Source: Acidobacteriota bacterium (GTDB lineage Bacteria; Acidobacteriota; Thermoanaerobaculia; Multivoradales; UBA5704). Taken from it: DNA of 64,000 nucleotides. Shown here one piece after another: positions 19,273 to 29,820 of the stretch (positions within the stretch are counted from its first letter, which is position 1; the number at the start of each line of letters is the position of its first letter). A program made the translations under genes and the position numbers. The notes beneath the pieces were generated by a model that saw only the letters and a list, made by a program, of their open reading frames with translations, did no database searches and was not told the origin of the DNA. The DNA lies in contig JBDTZG010000011.1 in NCBI GenBank assembly GCA_040005235.1, positions 1 to 64,000 of the forward strand. The letters run 5' to 3'.

Positions 19273-20184
19273 ATGACGTCGCCGCCCGCGGGAACCGAGG
19301 CCCTCGATCTGCTCCGTTCGGCGCGCCGGATCGGCTACGTCTTTTCCGGCGGCTCGATGCGCTGCGCCTTCCAGGTCGGCGCGCTCGCTACACTTCGCCA
19401 GCTGGGAATCCAGCCGGCTCTGGCGATCGGAGTTTCCGCCGGGGCCTGGAATGCCGCGGCGGTCGCCGCGGGAACCGACGACCGGCTGCGCTCCTATTGG
19501 CGGGCGTTCCATCGCATGTCGCCGATCGATTTCCGCAACCTGCTGCGCGACGGTTCCCCCTTCCGCTACGGGGAAATCCACCGGCGCAATTTTTGCCGCT
19601 ATATCGGCGCCGCCCGGCTCGCTGCGCCCGAGGCGCTGCCGCTCTTTGTCGGGGTCACCCGCCTCGCCGACCGGGCGCCCGTACTGTTCGAAGCGCGGCA
19701 GCTGGCCGATCCCTTCGCGCTGCTCCTCGCCTCGAACTACCTGCCGCCGTTCTATACCCGGGCGCCGAGGCTCAACGGCGAGCGGTACGGCGACGGCGGT
19801 TTGTCCGACAACCTTCCCTATGAGCGAGCGTTCGAGGAGGGGTGCGACGCGGTCGTGGTGTTCGCCAACAAGGGGGAGAGCGAGGGAGGCCTGTGCCGAG
19901 GCCCGCGCGATTCCGATCATCGGCCGCCGGCCGACCTCGCCCGGAAAATGGTCGTCCTGCGCCCCCGGCACCGGCTGCCGATCGGTTTCATCGAGCGGGA
20001 CTGGAGCGTGATCGCCCGCACCATAGAGATCGGCCGCCTGCGGGCCAGCGAAATCCTACTCGGCGAGCGCCACCCGGAAACCGATGCCCGAGCCGAAGGT
20101 CGCGCCCCGACCGCGATCCTCGCCGACCTGTTCGGCCGCGGGCGCCGCCGGCCCGTGGAACCCTCCCCCGACGAGCCGATTTGA
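19273..20184 (+). CDS. patatin-like phospholipase
   Basis: SGGSMR, GVSAG, DGG motifs. Confidence 0.85.
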   Translation: MTSPPAGTEALDLLRSARRIGYVFSGGSMRCAFQVGALATLRQLGIQPALAIGVSAGAWNAAAVAAGTDDRLRSYWRAFHRMSPIDFRNLLRDGSPFRYGEIHRRNFCRYIGAARLAAPEALPLFVGVTRLADRAPVLFEARQLADPFALLLASNYLPPFYTRAPRLNGERYGDGGLSDNLPYERAFEEGCDAVVVFANKGESEGGLCRGPRDSDHRPPADLARKMVVLRPRHRLPIGFIERDWSVIARTIEIGRLRASEILLGERHPETDARAEGRAPTAILADLFGRGRRRPVEPSPDEPI

Positions 20185-20227
20185 CCGCCTTCCCGCGCCT
20201 GCTCTATGCTCAGCCGCGCGTTTCCGT

Positions 20228-20301
20228 CGGGGCGTAGCGCAGCCTGGTAGCGCACCTGCCTTGGGCGCAGGGGGTCCCCAGTTCAAATCTGGGCGCCCCG
20301 A
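20228..20301 (+). tRNA. tRNA-Pro(TGG), CCA not encoded
   Basis: CGGGGCG acceptor stem; anticodon arm CCTGC-CTTGGGC-GCAGG; GTTCAAATC T-loop. Confidence 0.93.
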
Positions 20302-20356
20302 ATTCAATCGCAGGGATACTCTCCCCACGATGACGGTGACGGGCTGCGTGCCTCGG

Positions 20357-20433
20357 CTGCCTGTAGCTCAGATGGATAGAGCGGCGGCCTTCTAAGCCGC
20401 GGGTCGGGGGTTCGAATCCCTCCAGGCAGGCCA
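20357..20433 (+). tRNA. tRNA-Arg(TCT)
   Basis: CTGCCTG/CAGGCAG stem; GCGGC-CTTCTAA-GCCGC; GTTCGAATC; CCA. Confidence 0.95.
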
Positions 20434-20509
20434 TGCTTCTCGTGGCACGGTTCTTCAAAGCTGAACGGCGACCGGTGAGCCTTGCCACTCACCTCGCCGT
20501 TCTCCCAAG

Positions 20510-20586
20510 GCGCCCGTAGCTCAGCTGGATAGAGCGGCAGCCTCCGAAGCTGTAGGTCGCAGGTTCGACTCCTGCCGGGCGCACCA
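20510..20586 (+). tRNA. tRNA-Arg(CCG)
   Basis: GCGCCCG/CGGGCGC stem; GCAGC-CTCCGAA-GCTGT; GTTCGACTC; CCA. Confidence 0.95.
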
Positions 20587-20621
20587 TCGTTTTTGCCGTT
20601 CGACAAACCTCGCCATCAGGC

Positions 20622-20681
20622 GTAGAGACGCCCCAGGACGCATCCACGACCGAACCGGGTCCTCTGCCGTCGGGGCGTCTC
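20622..20681. repeat. GTAG-type REP-like inverted repeat
   Basis: GTAGAGACGCCCC ... GGGGCGTCTC. Confidence 0.45.
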
Positions 20682-21189
20682 CGAAGCATGGCAACCGTCT
20701 GCAGCGCCCATCATTCGGCGTAGGGGGCCGGGCGGATTCCGCAGATGAACAATCCGGATTCCCAAACCGGGCAGGAAGGAGTTCGGGAGATCGGCCTAGC
20801 CAAGTTGTTGGAGCCTCTTGTCTACCCGGCAAGGCAAGTCGTGGCGTATTTGGTGGCCCGCACTTCGATCGCCTCGGCTCGGACGTTTCGGGAGCCACCC
20901 CAAGAATCGATCTTCACCATCTCCTTCGTCCAAACTGCGCGTGCCGAGCTGGCCGCTGACTTCTATCATGCCGAGGATGAAATCAGGTCTCTTTTAGTGT
21001 GCTTGGCGCAGAGACTGATCCGATGGGCGGCCTGTCGCGTCACCTTATGTGCCGAGAACAAGTCGACAAGGGATCGACCCTCGGCAGGCCCTGTGAGTGT
21101 GGCTTTCTGTTGCGACACCTGGCTGAACTGCTTCGCCCATTCGGTCTCTACCCGGCCCAGGAATATACCTGAGCCGGGCAGCGATAGGC

Positions 21190-21384
21190 TTAACCTACAA
21201 AACAAATGCTCCCACACGACTGGCGCCCACAGGAGCACGTCCCGCAATCCGTGACGATACAAGTGAAGTAAGGGGATACCGATGGCTCCACCGCTACTGC
21301 TTGCCCCCCTGCGTTCTGCAGGTGATTTTCGGTCAGTGAAGCGATGGTCTCTCGATTGAGGGTAAGTTTCATTCTCTTTCGCAT
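21190..21384 (-). CDS. lanthipeptide/RiPP precursor peptide
   Basis: leader MRKRMKLTLNRETIASL..GG; Cys/Ser/Thr-rich core TCIVTDCGTCSCGRQSCGSIC; AAGGAG RBS. Confidence 0.8.
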   Translation of the reverse strand: MRKRMKLTLNRETIASLTENHLQNAGGQAVAVEPSVSPYFTCIVTDCGTCSCGRQSCGSICFVG

Positions 21385-21501
21385 GAGTCACTCCTTTTTA
21401 CGGTTGTGAGCAGTCAAACCCTTTGCGCAGTGTATCTTCATGGCTATAAGAAGTAAATTTGCAAGACTGTAAATAAAAGTAATCACCTGGAGACCCTGGA
21501 A

Positions 21502-21735
21502 GTGCGCCGTTTGTCGATGACGACGCCGAGTTTGCAGCGCTTTTTTCAGGTTTGGAGCTCCACCGGATGTTCCTGGAAAGCGGCACGCACTCGGCGTGGG
21601 ATCGTCGATTGGTGGAGTCTTTTGGCCATGAGGTCATCACGGCCAAACCTGCGAAGGTTTAGGCGATCGGCTCGAGTCAGCAAAAAACGGACGAGCGGGA
21701 TGACCTGGCGCGATTAGGTCGTGTGGAGTCGCGGT
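21502..21735 (+). mobile_element. degraded IS110-family transposase fragment
   Basis: hand translation ..RMFLESGTHSAWDRRLVESFGHEVITAKPAKV*AIGSSQQKTDERDDLARLGRV resembles the IS110 DEDD domain; has a frameshift and an in-frame TAG. Confidence 0.7.
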
Positions 21736-21812
21736 GCTATCGCCGGTTCATGTACGCAGCCCTGAGGTGCAGCAAGCCCTGGCTGTTGTGTGAGCCCGGG
21801 AAGGGCTATCCA

Positions 21813-23191
21813 TCATGGCCGGCCCCCGCCGACGCCCGCCGGAGCCGCCACAAGCAACGGATGGCCCGGAAACGCCTCCTCGGCCTCCTTTCGGGCTTCG
21901 GGCGTGCCCAGGGCGAGGAGCCGGCGGATGTACTCCTCGACGGGCATCGTTGATTGCAGCGAGACGGAACGCTCGAACCGCGGAGTGAAGTACCAGCGGA
22001 TGAACGAGGCGACGGTGGCCTGGTCGGTAGGCGCCTGCTCGGCCATTTTGCGCAGGTTGGCCATTCGTTCTACGCGCTCCTTGGCGGGGATCGGTTCCAC
22101 TCCCAGATCGGTCATCCGGTAGCCTCCGATCGTCTCGGCCGCTTCTGCAAGGTTCTCTGAGTTTTTCACTTTCCCGAACAACACATCCCAAACGCGCGCC
22201 GTGCGCGGGCCACGGCGAGGGCTCGGTCGAGCTGGCCGTCTTTGCCCAACTCGGCGAAGAAGACCGGGATCGCCAGCTTCACCGTCTCCATGCTGATCTG
22301 GCCCTGCATGGCGAGCACCGCCGTCACGCCGACCTCGGCCAGGCGCGGCGCCAGGGCCGACTGGGTGCTTCCGTCCGCGCTGCCGCCGCTCTCGCAGGAG
22401 GCGAGGACCACGAGGCGCGGCGGCTCCGGCAGCTCGCGAAGCCGCTCCGCCAGCGTTGCGCCTTCGACCCGCGCGACCCTGCCCTCGTCGTTTTGGAGAA
22501 AGAGCCAAGGGACCTGGCCGCGGACGAGCGCTCCGTGACAGACCAGGTAGAGAACGTCGCATCCTTGGCGGAGCGCGGCGATCAGACGCTCCAGGGTGAG
22601 AGGCGCTTCGCGTCCCAGAACGGTGGACCGGATGCGCCCGAGCCCTTCTTTAGCGCGCTCGATCTCGCCGTCGAGGTCCACCGCCGCGAGATTGTAGGTT
22701 GCGAGGTCGGACGGCGCCGCGACGGCGATCAGGGCTTTCAGCTCCGCTTTGCGACGGAGCTTCACCGGCCGCCAGTCCTGGCTGACCAGAAAGCGGGGAA
22801 AGAGGATCTTTTCCGACGTGGCGAGCTGCGCCCCCGTCTCCGGATCGCGCAGCAGCTCCCACCGCAGGCCGTTGAGCTCGGCAGCGGACGGTCCCACTAA
22901 AAGCCGCAAGCGAAGGAACCGGCTGCTCGCTTCGACGGCCGTCTTCGCCCGGTCAAAGAGCCTGCGCACCCGTTGGTCGGCAAAGACCTGAGCGGCGAGG
23001 GCCTCGCCGTAGGCCCGAGGGTCGTGCTGCAAGCTCAACAGCACCGCCAGATCGAGAGCGGCGGGCCCTTTTGCCGCGGGGATTTCGGCTTCGCTCTCCG
23101 GATCCGTGAAGCGCAGCTCGACCTCGAAATCCCCGGCGGCCAGCCGCGAAAGGCCGATCTCAAGCTCGGGCAAGGATGTTTTGACGGTCAT
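21813..23191 (-). pseudogene. CHAT-domain protein with internal deletion, joined out of frame to a WD40-protein C-terminus
   Basis: CHAT motifs LRWELL, LVCHG, VVLASCES, AMQG end abruptly near 22207; a second frame resumes with RTARVWDV and runs to the stop at 21813. Confidence 0.7.
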
Positions 23192-23220
23192 CGGTGGAAC
23201 AATGCCCAAGAGGATATCCC

Positions 23221-24681
23221 ATGACCCCCGAGGAGATGCTCATCACGAACGGGATCGACGCGCTCTCCGGGCGTCCGCTGATCCCGCCGCTCCGGCTGAG
23301 CGAAGCCGCCGCCTTTTTGGAGGGAGCCCCCGACGACCCGGCGGTGACGGCCCTGCTGCAAAGCATCTGGCGCACCGTCAAAGATCCTGATTCTCACTAT
23401 GGTCTTCCCATGGGCATCGATCCGGCCAGCGTGCCGCAGGCCGGCTGGGCCATCGTCTTCCACCAGGACGAGGCGCCGACGACGCGGGAGGCGCTGGCAC
23501 CGCTGATCGAACACCGCCGCGGACAGGTGGCCGAGGACCGAGTCAAGGTGCTGGAGTATCGAAGCGGCGAGAGACGCGCCCAGTGGCTGGCCCGCCACGG
23601 CGTGGGAGCGGGTACCGTCGATCCGACCAAGGTGCCGTTTTATCTCTTGCTGGTCGGGGGCCCGGAAAAGATCCCTTTCACCTTCGGCCATCTGCTCGAC
23701 GTGGAATACGCCGTCGGTCTCCTGCATTTCGACACGGCCGAAGAGTATGCCCGTTACGCCGAGAGCGTTATCAGCTACGAGCGCTACGAGCGCCACGAGC
23801 GCTCCGAAACCGGCGCGCCTTCGGCCCGCGCGAAAGAGGCGGTCTTCTTCGGCACTCGCCACGACTATGACCGCGCGACGCAACTCAGCGCCGATTCTCT
23901 GGTGAAGCCCCTGGCAAGCGGCGCTCTCACCGCGACCGGGGCCGCCGAGCGCCGAGGCTTCGGCAGCCTCATCCACGTAGAAGACGGGGCCACGAAAGAA
24001 CGGCTCTGCCAACTCTTCGATCCCCCGGCGGGGACCCAGCCGCCGGCATTCCTCTTCACCGCCACCCACGGCGTGGGGTTCCCCTCAGGGCATCCCCTGC
24101 AATGGGCCGCGCAGGGGGCGTTGCTCTGCCAGGACTGGCCGGGGTTCGGCGCTTTGAGCCCCGAGCACTATTTCGCCGCCGCGGACCTTCCGGCGAGCGC
24201 GCGAGTCCACGGCTTGGTCGCTTTCCATTTCGCCTGCTACGGGGGCGGCACCCCCTCTCACGACCGCTTTTTTCATAAACCGGGGATGCCTCCACCGGCC
24301 ATCGCCGAGAAGCCGTTCCTGGCCGCCCTGCCCAAGGCGCTCCTTGCCCATCCAAACGGCGGAGCCCTGGCGGTGATCGCCCACGTCGAGCGCGCATGGG
24401 GCTATTCGATCGTCACCGCCAACGCCGGCCCCCAGCTCCTGCCCTTCGAAAACGCCATCGGCCGCATCCTCTCCGGGCAGCCCGTGGGACACGCCATGAA
24501 GGATTTCAACGAACGGTACGCGACGCTCGCCACCAGCCTCAGCAGCCTTTTGGAAGAAGCGAGTTTTGGCGTCACCGTCTCCGACTTCGAGCTGGTGAGC
24601 GCCTGGGCCGAGCGAAACGACGCCGAGGGCTACGTGGTCCTGGGAGACCCCGCGGTTCAAATGCGGGTCGACGACCTGTGA
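23221..24681 (+). CDS. peptidase C25 (gingipain-like, clan CD) protein
   Basis: YLLLVGGPEKIPF, VGLLHFD, FTATHG, FACYGGG, LGDPAV. Confidence 0.7.
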   Translation: MTPEEMLITNGIDALSGRPLIPPLRLSEAAAFLEGAPDDPAVTALLQSIWRTVKDPDSHYGLPMGIDPASVPQAGWAIVFHQDEAPTTREALAPLIEHRRGQVAEDRVKVLEYRSGERRAQWLARHGVGAGTVDPTKVPFYLLLVGGPEKIPFTFGHLLDVEYAVGLLHFDTAEEYARYAESVISYERYERHERSETGAPSARAKEAVFFGTRHDYDRATQLSADSLVKPLASGALTATGAAERRGFGSLIHVEDGATKERLCQLFDPPAGTQPPAFLFTATHGVGFPSGHPLQWAAQGALLCQDWPGFGALSPEHYFAAADLPASARVHGLVAFHFACYGGGTPSHDRFFHKPGMPPPAIAEKPFLAALPKALLAHPNGGALAVIAHVERAWGYSIVTANAGPQLLPFENAIGRILSGQPVGHAMKDFNERYATLATSLSSLLEEASFGVTVSDFELVSAWAERNDAEGYVVLGDPAVQMRVDDL

Positions 24682-24693
24682 AAGGAAGACCGA

Positions 24694-26016
24694 ATGCCGA
24701 TCGAGAACGTCCCGGGCACCGACCTCCAGTATCACCTGATGGCTTTCGATGCGGACGGCCGGGAACGAACGGACGACCCGGACGGCCTGATGAGTCGCCG
24801 GGCCCTGGAAGAGTTGGCGCAGCAACCGATCACCGACGTTTTCGTCATCAGCCATGGCTGGCAGGGGGATGTTCCGGCGGCCCGGGACCAGTACAACCGC
24901 TGGATCGCGGCGATGGCCGGAGTGGAGGCCGACGTAGAGCGTCTGCGCGAGCTTCGCCCCGGCTTCCGTCCCCTCCTCCTTGGCCTGCACTGGCCGAGCT
25001 TGCCCTGGGGCGACGAAGAGCTGGGAGGCGGGGCGGGACTCTCCTTCGAAGCTCCGAAAGCGCCACCGGTCCAGGAGACGATCGACCGCTACGCCGAGCG
25101 AATTTCCGCTACTCCGACCGCGCGCGAAGCGCTGGCCACCCTGTTCGAGGCCGCTCGCCAAAACGTCGCGCCCGATACCTTACCTCCCGCGGTGCGCGCC
25201 GCCTACGAGATCCTGAACCGTGAGGCCCACCTGGGAAGCGAGGGCGAGGGAGGCGGCCCGGGCAACGACCGCGAGCCCTTCGACCCGGAGCTTTCCTATC
25301 AGGCCGCGAAGGAAGAGGATGCGGCGAGCTTCGGCAGCTTCAGTTTCGGCGGCCTGCTGTCACCGCTTCGCCAGCTCTCTTTTTGGAAAATGAAGGACCG
25401 CGCGCGAAAGTTCGGCGAGGGCGCCGGGGCGAAGCTGCTCGGCGACCTGCAGGCGGTCCGCGAAGGGGTTCGACTTCACCTCATGGGGCATAGTTTCGGC
25501 TGCATCGTCGTCTCCGCCTCGATCGCCGGTCCTTCCGGAGAGAGCCGGTTGCACCGGCCCATCGACTCGGTTTTCCTGGTCCAGGGAGCCCTCTCGATGT
25601 GGTCGTACTGCTCGGACATTCCTTCGATGCCGGGCCAACCCGGCTATTTCCATCCGATCTTCTCCGGCCGCAGGGTCAGCGGCCCGATGGTGACCACCCA
25701 ATCGGAGCATGACAGCGCGGTCGGCCGTTTCTATCCGATCGGCGCCGGCATCCGCCGCCAGGTGGTCTTCGCCCCGGGAGAGCTCCCCAAGTATGGCGGC
25801 CTCGGCGCCTTCGGAGTGCGCGGGCCCGGGTCGGACATTTCGGATCTGCGGATGAAGCCGGCCGCCGAGCCTTACGCGTTTGAACCGGGCAAGGTCTACA
25901 ACCTAGAGAGCAGCCGGTTTATCAATCAGGGGGGCGGTGCCTCGGGAGCCCACAGCGACATTGCCAAACCCGAGGTGGCGCATGCGTTCTGGGAAGCGGT
26001 CCGGTCGGCCGGCTGA
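24694..26016 (+). CDS. alpha/beta hydrolase-fold protein
   Basis: SHGW, GLHWPS, LMGHSFG nucleophile elbow, D(SAV), GAHSDI. Confidence 0.75.
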   Translation: MPIENVPGTDLQYHLMAFDADGRERTDDPDGLMSRRALEELAQQPITDVFVISHGWQGDVPAARDQYNRWIAAMAGVEADVERLRELRPGFRPLLLGLHWPSLPWGDEELGGGAGLSFEAPKAPPVQETIDRYAERISATPTAREALATLFEAARQNVAPDTLPPAVRAAYEILNREAHLGSEGEGGGPGNDREPFDPELSYQAAKEEDAASFGSFSFGGLLSPLRQLSFWKMKDRARKFGEGAGAKLLGDLQAVREGVRLHLMGHSFGCIVVSASIAGPSGESRLHRPIDSVFLVQGALSMWSYCSDIPSMPGQPGYFHPIFSGRRVSGPMVTTQSEHDSAVGRFYPIGAGIRRQVVFAPGELPKYGGLGAFGVRGPGSDISDLRMKPAAEPYAFEPGKVYNLESSRFINQGGGASGAHSDIAKPEVAHAFWEAVRSAG

Positions 26017-26213
26017 ATCGAGGGCGCACATCTTGCCAGTCGCTGAGAAGGCTTTTCCGGATTCACCCAAGCGTTCGGGTGTGCGGCGAGCGCGGCTGCG
26101 AGATCCTCAACGAGAAGGAGGCTCCAGCCCTCGGTAGGCCGAGGAACAGGCTTTGCACCCCGAGCATGCTGCCGAAGCCGGCGAAACGCTCTTCGCTCTC
26201 TCGAGGTGATCCG

Positions 26214-27584
26214 ATGCACCCATCCTTCCGCTCCCGCTTCGCATTCGCCGCGACCCTCTTGATCCTCGGGCTCTCGGTGGGGTGCGCCTCCTCGGCGAAG
26301 CTCCCGGTCTCCGCCGGCACCGGGCCGAATCCGGCGATCCCCGCGCCCAGCAAATCGCTGATCCCCACGGTCAACGTCGTCACCGCCATAGGCTGGCCGG
26401 AAGGGGCGAAACCGGTGGCCGCCCCGGGGACCGCCGTGACCGCCTTTGCCAAGGGGCTCGATCATCCGCGATGGCTCTACGTGCTGCCGAACGGCGACGT
26501 TCTGGTCGCAGAGACCAACGCGCCGCCGCGCCCCAAGGACGGCACGGGGATCAAGGGGTTTTTCTTCAAAAAGCTCCAGAAGAAGGCGGGCGGCGCCGTG
26601 CCGAGCGCGAACCGGATCACGCGCTTGCGGGACGCGGACGGCGACGGGTTCGCCGAGGACCGGACGGTCTTCCTTTCCGGCCTGAGCTCCCCGTTTGGCA
26701 TCGCATTGGTCGGCAACGATCTCTACGTGGCGGACAGCGACGCGATCGTGAAGTTCCCCTACGCACAGGGCGCGAAAGAGATCACGGCCAAGGGGACCAA
26801 ATTGCTCGACCTCCCCGCGGGTCCGCGCAACCATCACTGGACCAAGAACGTGATCGCCTCGGCGGACGGCTCGAAGCTCTACGTGGCGGTCGGCTCCAAC
26901 AGCAACGCGGCGGAGAACGGGATGGACGAAGAGGTGGATCGCGCCGCGATCTGGGAGGTGGACGCGAAGACCGGAAGCCATCGCGTCTTCGCCTCCGGAC
27001 TGCGAAATCCTGTGGGACTCGCCTGGCAGCCCGAAAGCGGCGCCCTGTGGACGGCGGTCAACGAACGCGACGAGCTGGGCAGCGATCTGGTCCCCGACTA
27101 CCTCACCTCGGTGCGCGACGGCGGCTTCTACGGCTGGCCTTACAGCTACTACGGCCGGCACATCGATACGCGGGTCAAACCGCAGCGGCCCGATCTGGTC
27201 GCCAAGGCGCTGGTTCCCGACTACGCGCTCGGGCCGCACACCGCCTCGTTGGGCCTCGCCTGGTCGAAGGGCACGACGCTACCCGAGCCCTTCGGGCGCG
27301 GCATGTTCGTCGGCCAGCATGGCTCGTGGAACCGCAAGCCCCGAAGCGGCTACAAGGTAATTTTCGTGCCGTTCTCCGGCAGCGCCGCGGCAGGAGAGCC
27401 GATCGACGTCCTAACCGGATTCGTCAAACCGGACGGGGAGGCGATGGGACGACCGGTGGGCGTAGCGATCGACAAGCAAGGTGCTCTGCTGGTGGCGGAC
27501 GATGTCGGCAACGCCGTCTGGCGAGTCACCGCGGCGAAAACCTCGACGACGGCGACGGAGACTTCTCCGCGCGGCGAAAGGTGA
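26214..27584 (+). CDS. L-sorbosone/PQQ-dependent sugar dehydrogenase family lipoprotein
   Basis: lipobox LSVGC; GLDHPRW, NHHWTK, GLRNPVG, NERDELG, HGSWNR, GRPVGV. Confidence 0.88.
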   Translation: MHPSFRSRFAFAATLLILGLSVGCASSAKLPVSAGTGPNPAIPAPSKSLIPTVNVVTAIGWPEGAKPVAAPGTAVTAFAKGLDHPRWLYVLPNGDVLVAETNAPPRPKDGTGIKGFFFKKLQKKAGGAVPSANRITRLRDADGDGFAEDRTVFLSGLSSPFGIALVGNDLYVADSDAIVKFPYAQGAKEITAKGTKLLDLPAGPRNHHWTKNVIASADGSKLYVAVGSNSNAAENGMDEEVDRAAIWEVDAKTGSHRVFASGLRNPVGLAWQPESGALWTAVNERDELGSDLVPDYLTSVRDGGFYGWPYSYYGRHIDTRVKPQRPDLVAKALVPDYALGPHTASLGLAWSKGTTLPEPFGRGMFVGQHGSWNRKPRSGYKVIFVPFSGSAAAGEPIDVLTGFVKPDGEAMGRPVGVAIDKQGALLVADDVGNAVWRVTAAKTSTTATETSPRGER

Positions 27585-27618
27585 CCGGCCGGGGAGTTGC
27601 GATCGGAAAGGCTTCCCC

Positions 27619-29502
27619 GTGAACCCGGCGAGTCTTCTCCTTCTCCTCTGGCTCCAGACGACGGCGCAGGCTGCGCGCCCCCCGTCGTCCGATTGGCTCG
27701 CTCTGCCCTCCTATGCCGATACTCTGGTGGTCACCGATTCTCGGGAAGAGAGACGGCTCACGGACGCCGTCTCCTCGATTACCACGCTGCCCCGCGAAGA
27801 GTTGGCGCAGTCTCCCGCGCTGACGTTGGACGAGCAACTGCGCCAGGTTCCCGGCTTCAGCCTGCTGCGCCGGTCGAGCAGCCTCTCGGCACACCCGACC
27901 TCGCAAGGGGTCTCCCTTCGCGGTCTCGGACCGAGCGGCGCCAGCCGCACCCTCGTGCTGTTCGACGGCACGCCGCTCAACGATCCCTTCGGCGGCTGGG
28001 TCTATTGGAATCGCCTGCCTCCCGCGGCTCTGGAGAGCGTCGAGGTGGCCCGCGGCTCCCTCTCTCAGCTCTACGGTAGCGCGGCGATGGGCGGTGCCAT
28101 CCAGCTCCTGGCGCGGACGCCAAAACAAAAAAGGACTTTCGAGGCGAATCTGCGCCTGGGGGACCACCGCACAGGGGACGCCGAGGTCTTCGCGGCCGGC
28201 TCGGCGCAGGACGGCGCTCGGCAGGGGAGTGTTGTCGGCCGTCATTTCGACACCGACGGCTTCTACGTGCTTTCTCCCGAGAACCGCGGTGCGGTGGACC
28301 GCCGCGCGAACGTGGGTTTCGACAGCTTCTACGGCCGCTTCCAGTGGCAGGGCTATCACGCCGGATGGAACGCCTTCCGCGAGGAGCGGGGCAACGGCAC
28401 CGCCTTGCAGACGAACGAAACTCGGCTCCAAACCCTCGATGCGGGCTACGGCGGCGAGCGGTGGCAATGGGACCTTTACGGCCAGTCGCAACGCTTCGAG
28501 AGCACCTTCTCCCGCATCCTCGCCGATCGGTCGCAAGAGTTTCTGACCGCCGTCCAGGACGTTCGCGTAGATGCATTTGGCGGCTCGGCGTCGTGGCGTT
28601 CCGGCGGCGGTTTCCTGGTCGGAGGCGATTTACGCCGCGCCTCGTGGAACCCTCGCCAGCAGACGCTCGGCGGCCTCTATTCCCAGAAAGTCGCTCGCGT
28701 CACCTCTCGGCTCGACCTGATCGCCGGCGCCCGTCTCGACCTCTGGCAAGCAAGCAGCACCCGTTCCAGCTTCAATCCCCGGCTCGGCCTCCTGCTGCGC
28801 GCCTCGGACGCGGTGACCCTACGGGTTTCGGCCTATCGGGGCTTCCGGACTCCGACGCTCAACGAGCTCTACCGTCCGTTCCGGGTGGGCAACGTCGAGA
28901 CAGAAGCCAATCCCGCTCTCCGCGAAGAAACCCTCCTCGGTGCCGAGATCGGCGCCGATTTCTCCCCCAATTCGCGCACTTTCTTTCGCGCCAACGCATT
29001 TCGAAACCGGCTCGACGGCGCGATCGGCAACGTCACCCTCTCGGCCACTCCGCAGCTGATCACCCGGCGGCGCCAGAACCTGGACCGCGTCGAGGTCGAC
29101 GGTCTAGAAACCGAGGCCCGCTTCCGTCCGTTCGCCCGCTGGCAACTCCAGGCCTCCTACCTCTATTCGGACTCCCGGGTGGAACGAACCGGCCTGCGCG
29201 TACCGCAAGTCCCCCGCCAGCAAGGATCGATGGGAGTGAGCTGGGACGGCCCTCTGCGAGTCTCTCTATCAGGTCGCGGAGCCACCTCCCAGTTCGAAGA
29301 CGACCAGAACCTCCTGGCCCTGCCGTCCTTCTTCGTCTTCGACCTCTCCCTCCGTCTTCCGCTAAGAGACCGATTCGAAATCTTTCTCGCCGCGGAAAAC
29401 CTGCTCAACGAAAAAGTCGTAACGGGCCGCACTCCCCTGGAGAACCTGGGCGCGCCGCGTCTGGTGCAGGTGGGCGTCAAGATGCGGCTGCGGCGCGATT
29501 GA
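27619..29502 (+). CDS. TonB-dependent receptor
   Basis: TonB box DTLVVT, plug SLRGLG..RTLVLFDG, EVARGSLSQLYGS, barrel end AENLLN..GAPR. Confidence 0.9.
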   Translation: MNPASLLLLLWLQTTAQAARPPSSDWLALPSYADTLVVTDSREERRLTDAVSSITTLPREELAQSPALTLDEQLRQVPGFSLLRRSSSLSAHPTSQGVSLRGLGPSGASRTLVLFDGTPLNDPFGGWVYWNRLPPAALESVEVARGSLSQLYGSAAMGGAIQLLARTPKQKRTFEANLRLGDHRTGDAEVFAAGSAQDGARQGSVVGRHFDTDGFYVLSPENRGAVDRRANVGFDSFYGRFQWQGYHAGWNAFREERGNGTALQTNETRLQTLDAGYGGERWQWDLYGQSQRFESTFSRILADRSQEFLTAVQDVRVDAFGGSASWRSGGGFLVGGDLRRASWNPRQQTLGGLYSQKVARVTSRLDLIAGARLDLWQASSTRSSFNPRLGLLLRASDAVTLRVSAYRGFRTPTLNELYRPFRVGNVETEANPALREETLLGAEIGADFSPNSRTFFRANAFRNRLDGAIGNVTLSATPQLITRRRQNLDRVEVDGLETEARFRPFARWQLQASYLYSDSRVERTGLRVPQVPRQQGSMGVSWDGPLRVSLSGRGATSQFEDDQNLLALPSFFVFDLSLRLPLRDRFEIFLAAENLLNEKVVTGRTPLENLGAPRLVQVGVKMRLRRD

Positions 29503-29820
29503 ACCCCTCCCTGCTCGATACTGACGGGGCGAGACGATCGTCTCTACTGGGACAGGTGCTGCCAGAAATCCGGATCGAGTCGCCTCGACCGCAACAGGCC
29601 CCAGTCGCCTCCGATTAAAAAACGCGACAGGCATGCCCTTGTTGGCCCAGATTGGATGGTCTTGAAAATTGAGAGCGGCGTAGTGAGCGCGCCTATCGTC
29701 TCTTCCGGAGCTGCCGAGGTCGCGTCCCGATGGTCCATCCGATTCCAAGGTAGCGCGTTTTTCTCCCAAGCGAATGTGGTCAACGCCCAGACTCCGGCTT
29801 CCACCGGAAAGGAGGAAATC

